Source: an uncultured delta proteobacterium
GTDB lineage: Bacteria > Desulfobacterota > Binatia > Binatales > Binataceae
NCBI GenBank assembly: GCA_963836955.1
Contig: CAWILO010000004.1
Coordinates: 152,916-216,915, forward strand
Direction of reading: 5' to 3'
DNA: 64,000 nucleotides
The translations under genes were made by a program, and so were the position numbers. This document shows, piece by piece, positions 29,043 through 38,458 of this stretch (within the stretch, counting starts at the first letter, position 1; every line of letters starts with the position of its first letter). A model generated the notes under the pieces. It searched no databases, was not told where the DNA came from, and saw nothing but the letters and a program-made list of their open reading frames with translations.

Positions 29043-29702
29043 CTAATCCTGGAAGCCGTGCTTGCCCGTCATCTTCACAAATCGACACTCACCGAAATAT
29101 TCTTCGCTCCAGTGGCCGGTCTTGCGGCTGATACGCACGAGGGTCTGGAGTTCGTCTTCGCCAATCGGTGCAATCAGCCGCCCATTCGGCGTCAACTGAT
29201 TCAGCAGCGGGAGAGCAATTCCGGGCATCGCCGCCGTCACCATCACGACGTCGAAGAGCGCCTCTTCCGGCCATCCATCCGACCCGTCGGCGCATCGAAG
29301 ATAGACGTTGTTGAAGCCCATCGAGTTGAGAATTACGCGGGCGCGATCGTGAAGATGCGGGTTGAGCTCGACCGAATAAACAGTGCGCGCGAGTCGCGAC
29401 AGCACCGCGGTCTGATAGCCCGAGCCGGTGCCGACTTCGAGAACTTTCTCGGTGCCGGTGAGTTCGGCGACCTCGCTCATCAAAGCGACCATGTACGGTT
29501 GCGAAATGGTCTGCGAGTCGCCGATGGGCAGCGGGCCGTCGTCGTAGGCGTGCTCGTGAAGCTCGGCGGGGAGGAATCGATGACGGGCGACCGTGCGCAT
29601 CGCGGCCAGCACGCGCGGATCTTTTATTCCGCGGCGTTCGAGTTGCTCGAGCACCATCCGCTCGCGCGCACTTTCGAGGTCGTTCGCCATCGCCATGGCC
29701 AT
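29043..29702 (-). CDS. pcm: Protein-L-isoaspartate O-methyltransferase
   Basis: QTISQPYMVA, VLEVGTGSGYQ, CRFVKM. Confidence 0.95.
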   Translation of the reverse strand: MAMAMANDLESARERMVLEQLERRGIKDPRVLAAMRTVARHRFLPAELHEHAYDDGPLPIGDSQTISQPYMVALMSEVAELTGTEKVLEVGTGSGYQTAVLSRLARTVYSVELNPHLHDRARVILNSMGFNNVYLRCADGSDGWPEEALFDVVMVTAAMPGIALPLLNQLTPNGRLIAPIGEDELQTLVRISRKTGHWSEEYFGECRFVKMTGKHGFQD

Positions 29703-29784
29703 TATACAGATACGCCGGCCAACGAATAAGGTATCAGAGGCAGCGGGCTGAGGGGGCAACTTTTAGGTTCGGAGAAACAGCAGA

Positions 29785-30540
29785 ATGCCGTTTTTCGATT
29801 CGGCAGGAATCAGGATTAACTACGAGGACGTCGGCTCCGGCGAGCCCGTGATTTTGGTACACGGCTTTGCCTCCACGGCGGAGCACAACTGGGGCGGCAC
29901 CGGTTGGATTTCGGCGCTGTCGGCGAAATATCGGGTGATTGCGCCCGACGTTCGCGGGCATGGACTCAGCGACAAGCCGCAAATGCCCGAAGCGTACGGC
30001 TACGCAGGCATGGGTGCGGACGTTACGCGCCTGATGGACCATCTTGGGCTAGAGCGCGCGCTTCTGATGGGTTACTCGATGGGTTCGAGCATCGCGATCG
30101 AGCTGATGCTGTCCCATCCTGAACGTTTTCGGACGATCGTCTTGGGCGGAATCGCTTACGACGACGGCCTGGAGGACAAGGCGGATCGCGATGCGATTGC
30201 GGAAGCTTACCGTGCCGACGATCCCGCTACGATAAAAAGTACGGTGGCGAAAGCGTACAGGCGATTCGCCGAGTCGATGCCCAACGACTTGAAGGCGCTG
30301 GCAGCGCTGATCGACGCCGAGCGATCGTTGTTCGAAGCAGACAAGCTCGCGGCGGTGCGGATGCCGGTGCTGATCGTCGTCGGAACCGACGACGAGGCGA
30401 TCGGCGATCCCAAACCGCTGGCGACGATGATTCCGAGTGCACGGCTGGTGATGCTCGAAGGTCGCGACCATATGACAGCGCCAGCAGATCAGCGATTCAA
30501 GGATGTGGTGCTCGAGTTCTTCGACGGCGCGTCGCGCTAA
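29785..30540 (+). CDS. Alpha/beta hydrolase
   Basis: LVHGF, DVRGHG, GYSMG nucleophile elbow, GRDH. Confidence 0.9.
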   Translation: MPFFDSAGIRINYEDVGSGEPVILVHGFASTAEHNWGGTGWISALSAKYRVIAPDVRGHGLSDKPQMPEAYGYAGMGADVTRLMDHLGLERALLMGYSMGSSIAIELMLSHPERFRTIVLGGIAYDDGLEDKADRDAIAEAYRADDPATIKSTVAKAYRRFAESMPNDLKALAALIDAERSLFEADKLAAVRMPVLIVVGTDDEAIGDPKPLATMIPSARLVMLEGRDHMTAPADQRFKDVVLEFFDGASR

Positions 30541-30578
30541 GCCCGTGATCGCGGCGTTTACCGGACTACGTGCAGCCT

Positions 30579-30599
30579 GAGCCGCGCATTACGCGGCTC
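30579..30599. terminator. Hairpin between convergent genes
   Basis: GAGCCGCG-catta-CGCGGCTC. Confidence 0.5.
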
Positions 30600-30600
30600 G

Positions 30601-31647
30601 CTACTGGGCCTCCGCCGCACCGGAGAGCGCGGCGCTGATACGCTGGCCGAAGTCGGCCGGCGTTCCGGGCCGATAGATTACCTGCATCATCTCGGCCAGT
30701 TTCAGAATTCCGCGATTGCCTTTCAATACATCGCCGATTTCTTCGAGGTAGGCGGAAAGTCCGGTGGACGAATGGTCCGCCGCAAACTCCAGCGGCGCGC
30801 GCTGCGTAATGAACATCAGTCGTTTGAGATCTTCGGCAGCTTGGGGATGGAGCGTACAGAGCTCCTGATACCTTTGTGGATCTCGAAAGTAATTCCAGAT
30901 GTTTTTATCGGGAATCCCGAACTGGAGATTAGCGGTGAAGGCCATGTCGAGGCATGGAATGCCGCGCGCTGCACAGACCCCGGCGACTTTTGTGGGCGGA
31001 TCGTCGATCGCGACTGCGGGCGTATTGCTATGCGCCGCGTCGGCGGAGTTGCTGCCGTAGCGCGCGCGAAAGTCCTGGAAGCTGAGCGGGACTTTGCTGA
31101 GATGATAGAGGATGCAAATGCCGTCGTCGGCGAGGACGTTTTGCGCGACGTCGTCGATCATCCGCTCGGCGCTTCCCGGACTCTCGCAGTGATACAAAAC
31201 GTGCGAGGCAAAGACGATTTGAAACTCGCGGGCGCGGGCCGGCGAGTTTCGCGATCCCCGCAGTTCGAGCAAGTGCCCTGCGAAGGAGTCGCCGGCGTGG
31301 GTAGAAAAATCGACGAGCTTGAGCGTGCCTGCTGATTGCGCCGCCGCTAGAGTCGCGAGCGCCTCACCAGTGCGTTCGTCAGCGTACGCGGCGCTGTAGT
31401 CCGTTGCGCGAATCCTGAAGCCTGCGTCGAACTTCACGCCGGTCAGATATTTGACCAGGGTGTCGCACGGACCGCATCCGATGTCGGCGATTAGGATGGG
31501 ATCGTTTCCTGTAAGCACGACCTGATCGTCGTCGAGACGATTCAAAAACGCCGAATTGATGCGCGCGGTTTTTTCTTTTTCGTCAGTGGCCGCCTTGAAC
31601 GCCGGATAGATCTCTTCGTAGCGGTATTGGTCGATCGTAATGCTCAT
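30601..31647 (-). CDS. Putative class I SAM-dependent methyltransferase
   Basis: IADIGCGP motif I and FASHVLYH; start MSITID just after the tRNA. Confidence 0.65.
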   Translation of the reverse strand: MSITIDQYRYEEIYPAFKAATDEKEKTARINSAFLNRLDDDQVVLTGNDPILIADIGCGPCDTLVKYLTGVKFDAGFRIRATDYSAAYADERTGEALATLAAAQSAGTLKLVDFSTHAGDSFAGHLLELRGSRNSPARAREFQIVFASHVLYHCESPGSAERMIDDVAQNVLADDGICILYHLSKVPLSFQDFRARYGSNSADAAHSNTPAVAIDDPPTKVAGVCAARGIPCLDMAFTANLQFGIPDKNIWNYFRDPQRYQELCTLHPQAAEDLKRLMFITQRAPLEFAADHSSTGLSAYLEEIGDVLKGNRGILKLAEMMQVIYRPGTPADFGQRISAALSGAAEAQ

Positions 31648-31670
31648 TTTTACCGTCGCGTAGTCTGAGT

Positions 31671-31747
31671 TGGTCGGGGTGGCCGGATTTGAACCGGCGA
31701 CCACTCGCACCCCAAGCGAGTGCGCTACCAGTCTGCGCCACACCCCG
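31671..31747 (-). tRNA. tRNA-Pro (GGG)
   Basis: CGGGGTGTGGCGCAGACTGGTAGCGCACTCGCTTGGGGTGCGAGTGGTCGCCGGTTCAAATCCGGCCACCCCGACCA: 77 nt, anticodon loop TTGGGGT, encoded CCA. Confidence 0.97.
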
Positions 31748-31832
31748 ACGCGACGAACATTATATATTCGCTTCCGGCAAGACCACACCTGCCGCCCAAG
31801 CGGCGACTAAATGCTCGCCCGGCCTTTCCTGA

Positions 31833-32576
31833 TCAAGGCTTTTTCTTCGGCGCGACGCGCGGACGCCATTGCACGAATGCTCGCATATCGACCTGGAAGG
31901 TCCACGCGCTTTTCGACTGGTTGATCAGGTGCACGATCTCGTCGCATATCGCCGCCGGCGGAACGAAATGCGACGGATCGACGTCGGGCATCGACTCGCG
32001 CACCCGCGCACTGTCCACCGCGCCGTCGACGTCGATCGTCGCGGCGTGCACGCCGAGATGCATGAATTCGTAGGCGACGGACTCCGCGATCGCGCGCTGC
32101 GCCAGCTTCGACGCGTTGTAGGCGGAATATTGCGCGGGGCCGCTGCGCGACTCCGATCCCAGCACGAAAATCACGCTGCCCGACTTGCGCTCGGCCATCT
32201 TGCCGATCACGGCTTGCGTGCAGAAAAACGGTCCGTAGGCATTCACCTTGAGCTGGAAGTCGAAATCTTCCTCGGTGATTTCGGTGAAGCGTTTGCGCAG
32301 ATACGCGCCGGCGTTGTTGATCAACACGGAGATCGGCCCCAGCTCGCGCTCGACGGTCTCGACCGCGGCGACGACCTGATCGCGGCGCGCGACGTCGGTC
32401 GGCGTGACGACGGCCTTGCCACCCTGCGCGCGAATCAACTCGGCGGTTTCGTCGAGCTGCGACTTGGTGCGGGCGATCAACCCGACCGCGTACCCTTCTT
32501 TTGCCATTCGAAGCGCGATGTCGCGGCCGATGCCGCGGCCAGCGCCGGTTACCAATGCGACTTTTGCTTCCGACAT
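31833..32576 (-). CDS. SDR family oxidoreductase
   Basis: VALVTGAGRGIG, INNAG, YNASK. Confidence 0.9.
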   Translation of the reverse strand: MSEAKVALVTGAGRGIGRDIALRMAKEGYAVGLIARTKSQLDETAELIRAQGGKAVVTPTDVARRDQVVAAVETVERELGPISVLINNAGAYLRKRFTEITEEDFDFQLKVNAYGPFFCTQAVIGKMAERKSGSVIFVLGSESRSGPAQYSAYNASKLAQRAIAESVAYEFMHLGVHAATIDVDGAVDSARVRESMPDVDPSHFVPPAAICDEIVHLINQSKSAWTFQVDMRAFVQWRPRVAPKKKP

Positions 32577-32679
32577 AGCGCGGAATCTTAGCCGCTGGCG
32601 GCGAGCGTGCAAACCTCTAATAAGGGCGCACTATTGATTTCACCTTGGCGCTTCTCGGATCTGGTGGTAGATTTGGACC

Positions 32680-33303
32680 ATGAGGTCGTCGCGATTCATC
32701 GTCGCAGTGTTCGCGGCCCTGGCGATGAGCGTCTTTCTGAATGCGCGCAGCGTGTTTGCGCAGGACGCGATCGACTCCGGCTCCGGCACGGACGCCGATT
32801 GGGAGCGCACCGGCCCGTCCATCGATGAAGATGCGGCTGCGGCCGACAAGGTTCTCGAGATCCCGCAGGTTTCGTGCCCCAAAGACGGCGGATCCGCCGC
32901 GTGCGATAGCACCGACGAGGATGGCAACGAAGGCAGCCAGGCAATAAACGCACCGTCGCCGGGCGCGCCGCCAACCCTAGACGACGACACCGCTAACGCA
33001 TCCGAGCCCAACCAGGATTGGGGCACGCTCGACGATTACCAGAACGAGCCGGCGTACGGGATTCCGTACGGCATGTCTCCCTACGGGATGACGGTGGCGG
33101 TGGGAACGATGAACGGGAACATCGCGCCAATTCCGTCGTCAGCTTACGCGCCGATGAGCAGCCCGCTGACTCAGGCCGCGCGCCCCCCGTTGAACGCCGG
33201 CCCCTGGATGACTCATCCCTCGATGTCCGCGTTCAGCCATCCGGCGGGCAATCCGATGATGGGGATGTCGATGGCGCATCCGGCGTTCGGATTTCATCAC
33301 TAA
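32680..33303 (+). CDS. Hypothetical secreted low-complexity protein
   Basis: Signal peptide; acidic N-half, Met/Pro-rich C-half. Confidence 0.6.
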   Translation: MRSSRFIVAVFAALAMSVFLNARSVFAQDAIDSGSGTDADWERTGPSIDEDAAAADKVLEIPQVSCPKDGGSAACDSTDEDGNEGSQAINAPSPGAPPTLDDDTANASEPNQDWGTLDDYQNEPAYGIPYGMSPYGMTVAVGTMNGNIAPIPSSAYAPMSSPLTQAARPPLNAGPWMTHPSMSAFSHPAGNPMMGMSMAHPAFGFHH

Positions 33304-33399
33304 TCAGGCTTCGCGCGCCGTTTCGTTTCCGCTCAGTTCGCGCGCTATTATCGGGGCCCGATCGCACGCCTGTCGGCGCCGATCGGACGGGGATTTGCG

Positions 33400-34170
33400 A
33401 TGCTGATAACGGTTGACGTTGGCAACAGCCATACCGTGATTGGAATCTACGAAGGCGAGCGCCTGCGCAATCACTGGCGCATCTCGACCATTCCCGATCG
33501 CACCACAGACGAGCATGGCGCTCTTTTCAACACGCTCCTGTCGGCGGCGGGTCTTGAGGGGAACATGAAGCCGGAGGGCGTCGCGATCGCGTGCGTCGTT
33601 CCGCCGCTCAACCAGGTGATGGAGCAGCTGGCCGAGCGCTATTTCCATTGCGCACCACTGATGGTGGGTCCGGGAATTAAAACCGGCATGCCGATCCTCT
33701 ACGAGAATCCCAAGGAGGTCGGTGCCGACCGGATCGTCAATGCGGTCGCCGCTTACGAGCGCTACGCGTGCGCGACTATCGTCGTCGATTTCGGCACCGC
33801 GACCACGTTCGACTACGTGACCGGCAAGGGCGAGTATGCCGGCGGCGCGATAGCTCCCGGGCTGGGAGTCTCGATGAACGCATTGATCGAGCACGCCGCC
33901 AAGCTTTATCGCGTCGAGCTGGTTCGCCCGCGCGAGGCTGTCGGCCGCACCACGATCGGCTCGATTCAGTCGGGTCTGATCTTCGGCTACACCGCGCTGG
34001 TGGACGGGCTGGTCGCGCGCATCCTGAAGGAGCGCGGGGAAAAAGCGCGCATCATCGCGACCGGCGGTCTGGCCGACCTGATCGCGCCCGAGAGTGAGAC
34101 GATTGAAGAAGTCGATGAGTTTTTGACACTGAAGGGGTTAAGGCTGATATTTGAGCGCAACCGGCGCTAG
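33400..34170 (+). CDS. coaX: Type III pantothenate kinase
   Basis: DVGNS, YENPKEVGADRIVN, VVDFGTATT, GGAIAPG, ATGG. Confidence 0.95.
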   Translation: MLITVDVGNSHTVIGIYEGERLRNHWRISTIPDRTTDEHGALFNTLLSAAGLEGNMKPEGVAIACVVPPLNQVMEQLAERYFHCAPLMVGPGIKTGMPILYENPKEVGADRIVNAVAAYERYACATIVVDFGTATTFDYVTGKGEYAGGAIAPGLGVSMNALIEHAAKLYRVELVRPREAVGRTTIGSIQSGLIFGYTALVDGLVARILKERGEKARIIATGGLADLIAPESETIEEVDEFLTLKGLRLIFERNRR

Positions 34171-34185
34171 GTTTTGAGGGATTTG

Positions 34186-35064
34186 ATGAGCAAGCAGGGT
34201 CGAGTCGTGACCGATTCGATGATCGGTCTCAAGATGCCGGATTACTCGCGGATCTCGCCGCGCGTCGCGACCGTGCTTGGTCAAAATCCAAGTCCGTTTA
34301 CGGGACCAGGCACCAACACCTACATCGTGGGCACCTCGAAGCGGCCGATCCTTCTCGACACGGGTCAGGGCGTTGCGATTTATGCCGACCTGCTCGAGGC
34401 CGGGCTCAAGGAACTCTCCGGCAGCACCGAACTCGAGCGAATCGTTCTGACGCATGCGCACGTCGATCACTTGGGAGGCGTGCGCCAGGTCACTGAAAGA
34501 TTCGGCGAGATGGAAGTGCTGAAGATGCCATGGGAGGGTCACGACGCGCCCGCCGGCGAGATTTCAGCAATCGGTCACGACGCCGTCGTCCATACAGAAG
34601 GCGCCACGCTGCGCGCGGTTTTTACTCCTGGCCATGCACCGGATCACCTATGCTACTATCTCGAAGAAGAGCGCGCAGTGTTCACGGGGGACGTCGTGCT
34701 GGGGGCAGGGACTACAGTCATTCCTGACGATACTGGCGACCTGGGCGAGTACATGGATTCGCTTAGGCGCTTGCTCGCGCTCGATCTCGAGACGATCTAT
34801 CCAGCGCACGGCCCGGTCATCCGCAACCCCAAAGAGAAGATCGGCGAATACATTGCTCATCGCGAACTGCGCGAGTGCCAGGTGCTCGAGGCGCTCTCTG
34901 ACGGTGCGGGACCGCTGGAAGCGATGGCGATCGTGAAGAAGATTTACGTGGACGTTCCTGAGTATCTGCATCCTGCCGCTGCAAGCTCGGTCCGCTCTCA
35001 CTTGCGAAAGCTCGAGCGAGAGGGCCGCGTGGTGGAGCATGAAAAGCGCTGGAGTGTTAACTAG
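34186..35064 (+). CDS. MBL-fold hydrolase (LACTB2-like)
   Basis: NPSPFTGPGTNTY, THAHVDHLGG, TPGHAPDH, FTGD, YPAHGP, C-terminal wHTH. Confidence 0.9.
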   Translation: MSKQGRVVTDSMIGLKMPDYSRISPRVATVLGQNPSPFTGPGTNTYIVGTSKRPILLDTGQGVAIYADLLEAGLKELSGSTELERIVLTHAHVDHLGGVRQVTERFGEMEVLKMPWEGHDAPAGEISAIGHDAVVHTEGATLRAVFTPGHAPDHLCYYLEEERAVFTGDVVLGAGTTVIPDDTGDLGEYMDSLRRLLALDLETIYPAHGPVIRNPKEKIGEYIAHRELRECQVLEALSDGAGPLEAMAIVKKIYVDVPEYLHPAAASSVRSHLRKLEREGRVVEHEKRWSVN

Positions 35065-35917
35065 CAAGGCGTGGGAGGATCGCGTTTTTGGCGCATCGCT
35101 CGCCGCGATGCTGCTGGTCCTGTCCTGTAGCGCGCTCGCGCTTGCGCAGTCTGCCGAAACCGCGGCGTCCGAGACCTGGAAGACAGCGGCCGCATCCGCA
35201 GCCGCGTCCGCTTCGAGCACGCGATCCGGCGCTGTCGTGCCCGTCGCGGAGGCCGCGCCTGTCACTGTTCCGGCGAACATGGTTCCGACTCCGCACGACA
35301 TGGACGCCTCTCAGCCAGGCGCCGCCGAGATTCAGCCACCCAATCCTGCCGATGCCTCGCAACAGCAGCCTCCCGGCACTGCCCCCGACGCGCAGCCGTC
35401 CGCGGACGGCAGCGAGGTCGCGCGTTATCAGGCGGAGCAGAGCGGGATGCCTCCTGAGCAGCTCAAGAGCCTCCAGCAGTTCGACAGCGAGGGCGAGCTT
35501 TCGACGCCCTTTGGAATGCAATTGCGCGAGGCGCGGCGCACGCTCAAGTCCGGCGAAGAGGCTGACGGCCTGCTGATCACGGCTGTCGAAAAAGGCAGTC
35601 CTGCCGCCAATGTGGGCCTGCACCCCTACACTCACGGTGTGCATGACGCGCTTACTGCGGCCGCGATGGTGGGTGCGGTCTTTTCCGGCGGGTTGGCAGT
35701 GGTGGTGATTCCGGCGATCGACTACATGCAGGTCGGCGAGAGCTACGACATGATCATCGGCGTCGACGGCTCGCGCGTAACCAACTTTCTCGACTACCAG
35801 GACCGCATGCGCGACCTCCAGCCGGGCGAGGTCATCTATCTAAGCGTCGTGCGCAACGGCAAGCGCATCCAGGTGACGATGCCAGTGCCGGCCAACGTCC
35901 TGCAAGCCACCAACTGA
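35039..35917 (+). CDS. Exported PDZ-domain protein
   Basis: Signal-like segment, Ala/Pro linker, GLLITAVEKGSPAA...DMIIGVDG...LSVVRNG PDZ pattern; start uncertain. Confidence 0.7.
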   Translation: MKSAGVLTSKAWEDRVFGASLAAMLLVLSCSALALAQSAETAASETWKTAAASAAASASSTRSGAVVPVAEAAPVTVPANMVPTPHDMDASQPGAAEIQPPNPADASQQQPPGTAPDAQPSADGSEVARYQAEQSGMPPEQLKSLQQFDSEGELSTPFGMQLREARRTLKSGEEADGLLITAVEKGSPAANVGLHPYTHGVHDALTAAAMVGAVFSGGLAVVVIPAIDYMQVGESYDMIIGVDGSRVTNFLDYQDRMRDLQPGEVIYLSVVRNGKRIQVTMPVPANVLQATN

Positions 35918-36087
35918 TCCATTCCTATTCCTCGCCCATTAGTTCACGGGATCGGTTAGGTGAGGGTTCTGCGGCATCCACCGCGATTTTCTCCTTTACG
36001 CGCTCGCCGACTTTCTCTATAAGTTGATTCGTCCGTCGAGGAAGACACTTCCCGGCGAGACGGTGTTGAGAGGACATTTGGTTTCGT

Positions 36088-36201
36088 TGTCTGCTCGCGC
36101 CTGGATCCGACAAGGACCGGGACTCCGAGTGATTCGAGCGCTCGTTCATTCGAGGATGCTCTGATGCGGGGTTGCCGGTAAGCGGCAGCCCCGATTTTTT
36201 T
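36088..36201 (+). promoter_or_regulatory. panB leader: bulged-A stem-loop (pan-motif-like) plus intrinsic terminator
   Basis: CCTGG-A-TCC-gacaa-GGA-CCGGG (36100-36121); CGGGGTTGCCG-gtaag-CGGCAGCCCCG followed by T7 (36167-36201), ending about 30 nt before the panB ATG. Confidence 0.6.
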
Positions 36202-36233
36202 GGTGCGAGCAACTGAAGCGAGTGAGTGAGAAA

Positions 36234-37073
36234 ATGACGCAAGAAAAAGTTCGCGTGCCCGATCTCGCGCGCATGAAGGCCGCGCGGCAGCCAATCACGA
36301 TGCTGACCGCGTACGATTTCCCCTTCGCGAGGATCTTCGACATCTCCGGCGTCGACGTGCTCCTGGTCGGCGATAGTCTCGCGATGGCGGTGCGCGGCGA
36401 GGACAACACCCTAGCCGTCACAATCGACGAGGTCATCTACCACACCCGGATGGTCGCGCGGGCGCGCCGCCGTGCGATCCTCGTCGCCGATATGCCGTTC
36501 CTGTCGTACCAGGTGAGTCCCGAAGACGCGCTGCGCAACGCCGGCCGTCTCGTCAAGGAAGGCGGCGCCGAAGCGGTGAAGCTCGAAGGCGGCGTCGCGA
36601 TCGCAGACACAGTCGCGAGAATCTCGGCTGTCGATATTCCCGTGATGGGACACATCGGCTTGACGCCACAGTCGATTCATCGAATGGGCGGGCATCGCGT
36701 GCAAGGCCGAAAATCCGGCCGCGCCGCCGGATGCCGTGAGCGCCTGCTCGAAGATGCTGTCGCACTCGAAGCCGCAGGCGCATTCGCAATCGTCGTCGAG
36801 GGCGTGCCGCCGTCGTTGGCGCACGAGATAACTTCGCGTGTCGCGATTCCGACTATCGGCATCGGCGCCGGCCCCGGATGCGACGGGCAAGTGCTCGTGA
36901 TGCACGACATGCTCGGCCTCAACGAGTCGTTCGCGCCGCGCTTCGCGAAGCCGTTCGCGCATCTGTGGAGCGAGGCCGCGGCGGCAGCCACAGCCTACGT
37001 GCGCGAAGTGAAAGAGTGCGCGTTTCCCGCGCCGGAACACTGTTACGCCGAATCCGGGAGGGCCTCGCGATGA
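36234..37073 (+). CDS. panB: 3-methyl-2-oxobutanoate hydroxymethyltransferase
   Basis: MLTAYD, LLVGDSL, ADMPF, AVKLEGG, GHIGLTPQ, GIGAG..CDGQVLV. Confidence 0.97.
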   Translation: MTQEKVRVPDLARMKAARQPITMLTAYDFPFARIFDISGVDVLLVGDSLAMAVRGEDNTLAVTIDEVIYHTRMVARARRRAILVADMPFLSYQVSPEDALRNAGRLVKEGGAEAVKLEGGVAIADTVARISAVDIPVMGHIGLTPQSIHRMGGHRVQGRKSGRAAGCRERLLEDAVALEAAGAFAIVVEGVPPSLAHEITSRVAIPTIGIGAGPGCDGQVLVMHDMLGLNESFAPRFAKPFAHLWSEAAAAATAYVREVKECAFPAPEHCYAESGRASR

Positions 37074-37915
37074 TCGTAATTACCTCGCCGGACGAGATGA
37101 CTCGCTACTCCGAGTGCGCTCGCCTGAGCCGCGAGCGAATCGCGCTGGTGCCCACGATGGGCTATCTGCACGACGGACATCTGACGCTGATGCGCGAAGG
37201 CCGGCGTCAATCGTCAACCTTAGTAGCGTCCATCTTCGTCAATCCCACCCAGTTCGGCCCCGGCGAGGACTTCGCGAGCTATCCGCGCAACTTCGAGCGC
37301 GACTGCGCGATGCTCGAGACGGTGTCGGTGGACGTGGTCTTCGCGCCCGAGCCGACTGCGATGTACTCGCCCGACGCGCAGAGCTGGGTCGACGCCGGCG
37401 ACATCACGAGCGGACTCTGCGGAGCGCATCGCCCGGGACATTTCCGCGGCGTCACGACGGTCGTCGCCAAGCTGTTCAATATCGTCAAACCGCATCTGGC
37501 GGTTTTCGGCGAGAAGGATTTTCAGCAGTTGCGCGCGATCCAGAAGATGGTCCGTGATCTGAACTTCGACGTTGAAATTATGCCGGTGCCGATCGTGCGC
37601 GAGAAAGACGGTCTCGCGATGAGTTCGCGCAACGCTTACCTGTCGCCAACGGAGCGTGAAGACGCACTCGCGCTGAGCCTCGCAATCCGCGCGGCCCGCG
37701 AGAAACATCGCGCGGACCCATGCTGCGCCGAAGAAATAGTGTTCGCCGCAAGCCGAGTGCTCAAGCGGATGAAAGGCATCGAGATCGAATACGTAGAAGC
37801 GGTGGACGCCGAAACGCTAGCGCGTCATCCGTCGCTCGACCGCCCAATCCTGATCGCAATCGCAGCCCGCGTCGGCAAGACGCGACTTATCGATAATGTA
37901 GTGCTCAACCCGTAG
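37070..37915 (+). CDS. panC: Pantoate--beta-alanine ligase
   Basis: VPTMGYLHDGH, SIFVNPTQF, RPGHFRGV, FGEKDFQQ, GLAMSSRN, RLIDN. Confidence 0.97.
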   Translation: MIVITSPDEMTRYSECARLSRERIALVPTMGYLHDGHLTLMREGRRQSSTLVASIFVNPTQFGPGEDFASYPRNFERDCAMLETVSVDVVFAPEPTAMYSPDAQSWVDAGDITSGLCGAHRPGHFRGVTTVVAKLFNIVKPHLAVFGEKDFQQLRAIQKMVRDLNFDVEIMPVPIVREKDGLAMSSRNAYLSPTEREDALALSLAIRAAREKHRADPCCAEEIVFAASRVLKRMKGIEIEYVEAVDAETLARHPSLDRPILIAIAARVGKTRLIDNVVLNP

Positions 37916-37947
37916 CCGAGACGTCCGATCCTAGCCTCTCCCTGATA

Positions 37948-38099
37948 GAGAGTTTTGCGTAACATCCGCGCAGGCGTTCGGAGCAGAGGCAGAATCCTAA
38001 ATCTCGCGCAGAATAGCGCGCTGTACAAGGACCCTCACCTTCATCCTCGCCCTAACAGGGCGAGGAGACAGACAGCCGAGCCGATTACGCAAAACGCTC
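37948..38099. mobile_element. 152-bp MITE-like element (copy 2)
   Basis: TIRs GAGAGTTTTGCGTAA / TTACGCAAAACGCTC (14/15 match); CTGATA direct repeats at 37942-37947 and 38100-38105; internal hairpin CCTCGCCCT-aac-AGGGCGAGG. Confidence 0.8.
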
Positions 38100-38124
38100 C
38101 TGATAGAGAGAAGCCAGGAAAGAG

Positions 38125-38439
38125 CTAGGTCATCAGCAGAATCAAGAGGCCGCCGGTCACTATGAAGCCGCCGCCGAGCAGGATTCTGTCGTCGGGGACC
38201 TGCTTGAAGATAATCAGCGAAATCGTCTGCGACACTACGAAGAAGATCGCGATGTAGATTCCCATCAGGCGATTGAAATCGACGCCGCTTTGGTTGACCA
38301 GGATTCCGTAAGCGAACAGCGCGAACGCACCGGCTGCGAGCGAGTATCCGTAGCTGTGAAGTCCTATCCGGACGAGCGCATCGCCGCCGACCTCGAGCAG
38401 CGCGGCCAGCACCAGCACGGCGAGCGTCTTTAAGATCAA
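38125..38439 (-). CDS. Small 4-TM DMT/SMR-like membrane protein
   Basis: AALLEVGGDA (membrane Glu), 4 hydrophobic helices, 104 aa. Confidence 0.75.
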   Translation of the reverse strand: MILKTLAVLVLAALLEVGGDALVRIGLHSYGYSLAAGAFALFAYGILVNQSGVDFNRLMGIYIAIFFVVSQTISLIIFKQVPDDRILLGGGFIVTGGLLILLMT

Positions 38440-38458
38440 CGGCGGAGTCGCTTACGAC

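Noticed and set aside
31671-31747. tRNA-Pro as the attachment site of a prophage or ICE
   Set aside because: No integrase is present and I found no duplicated tRNA 3' end in the window.
30601-31788. 395-aa version of the methyltransferase
   Set aside because: The N-terminal extension reads through the tRNA-Pro gene; the start was placed at 31647.
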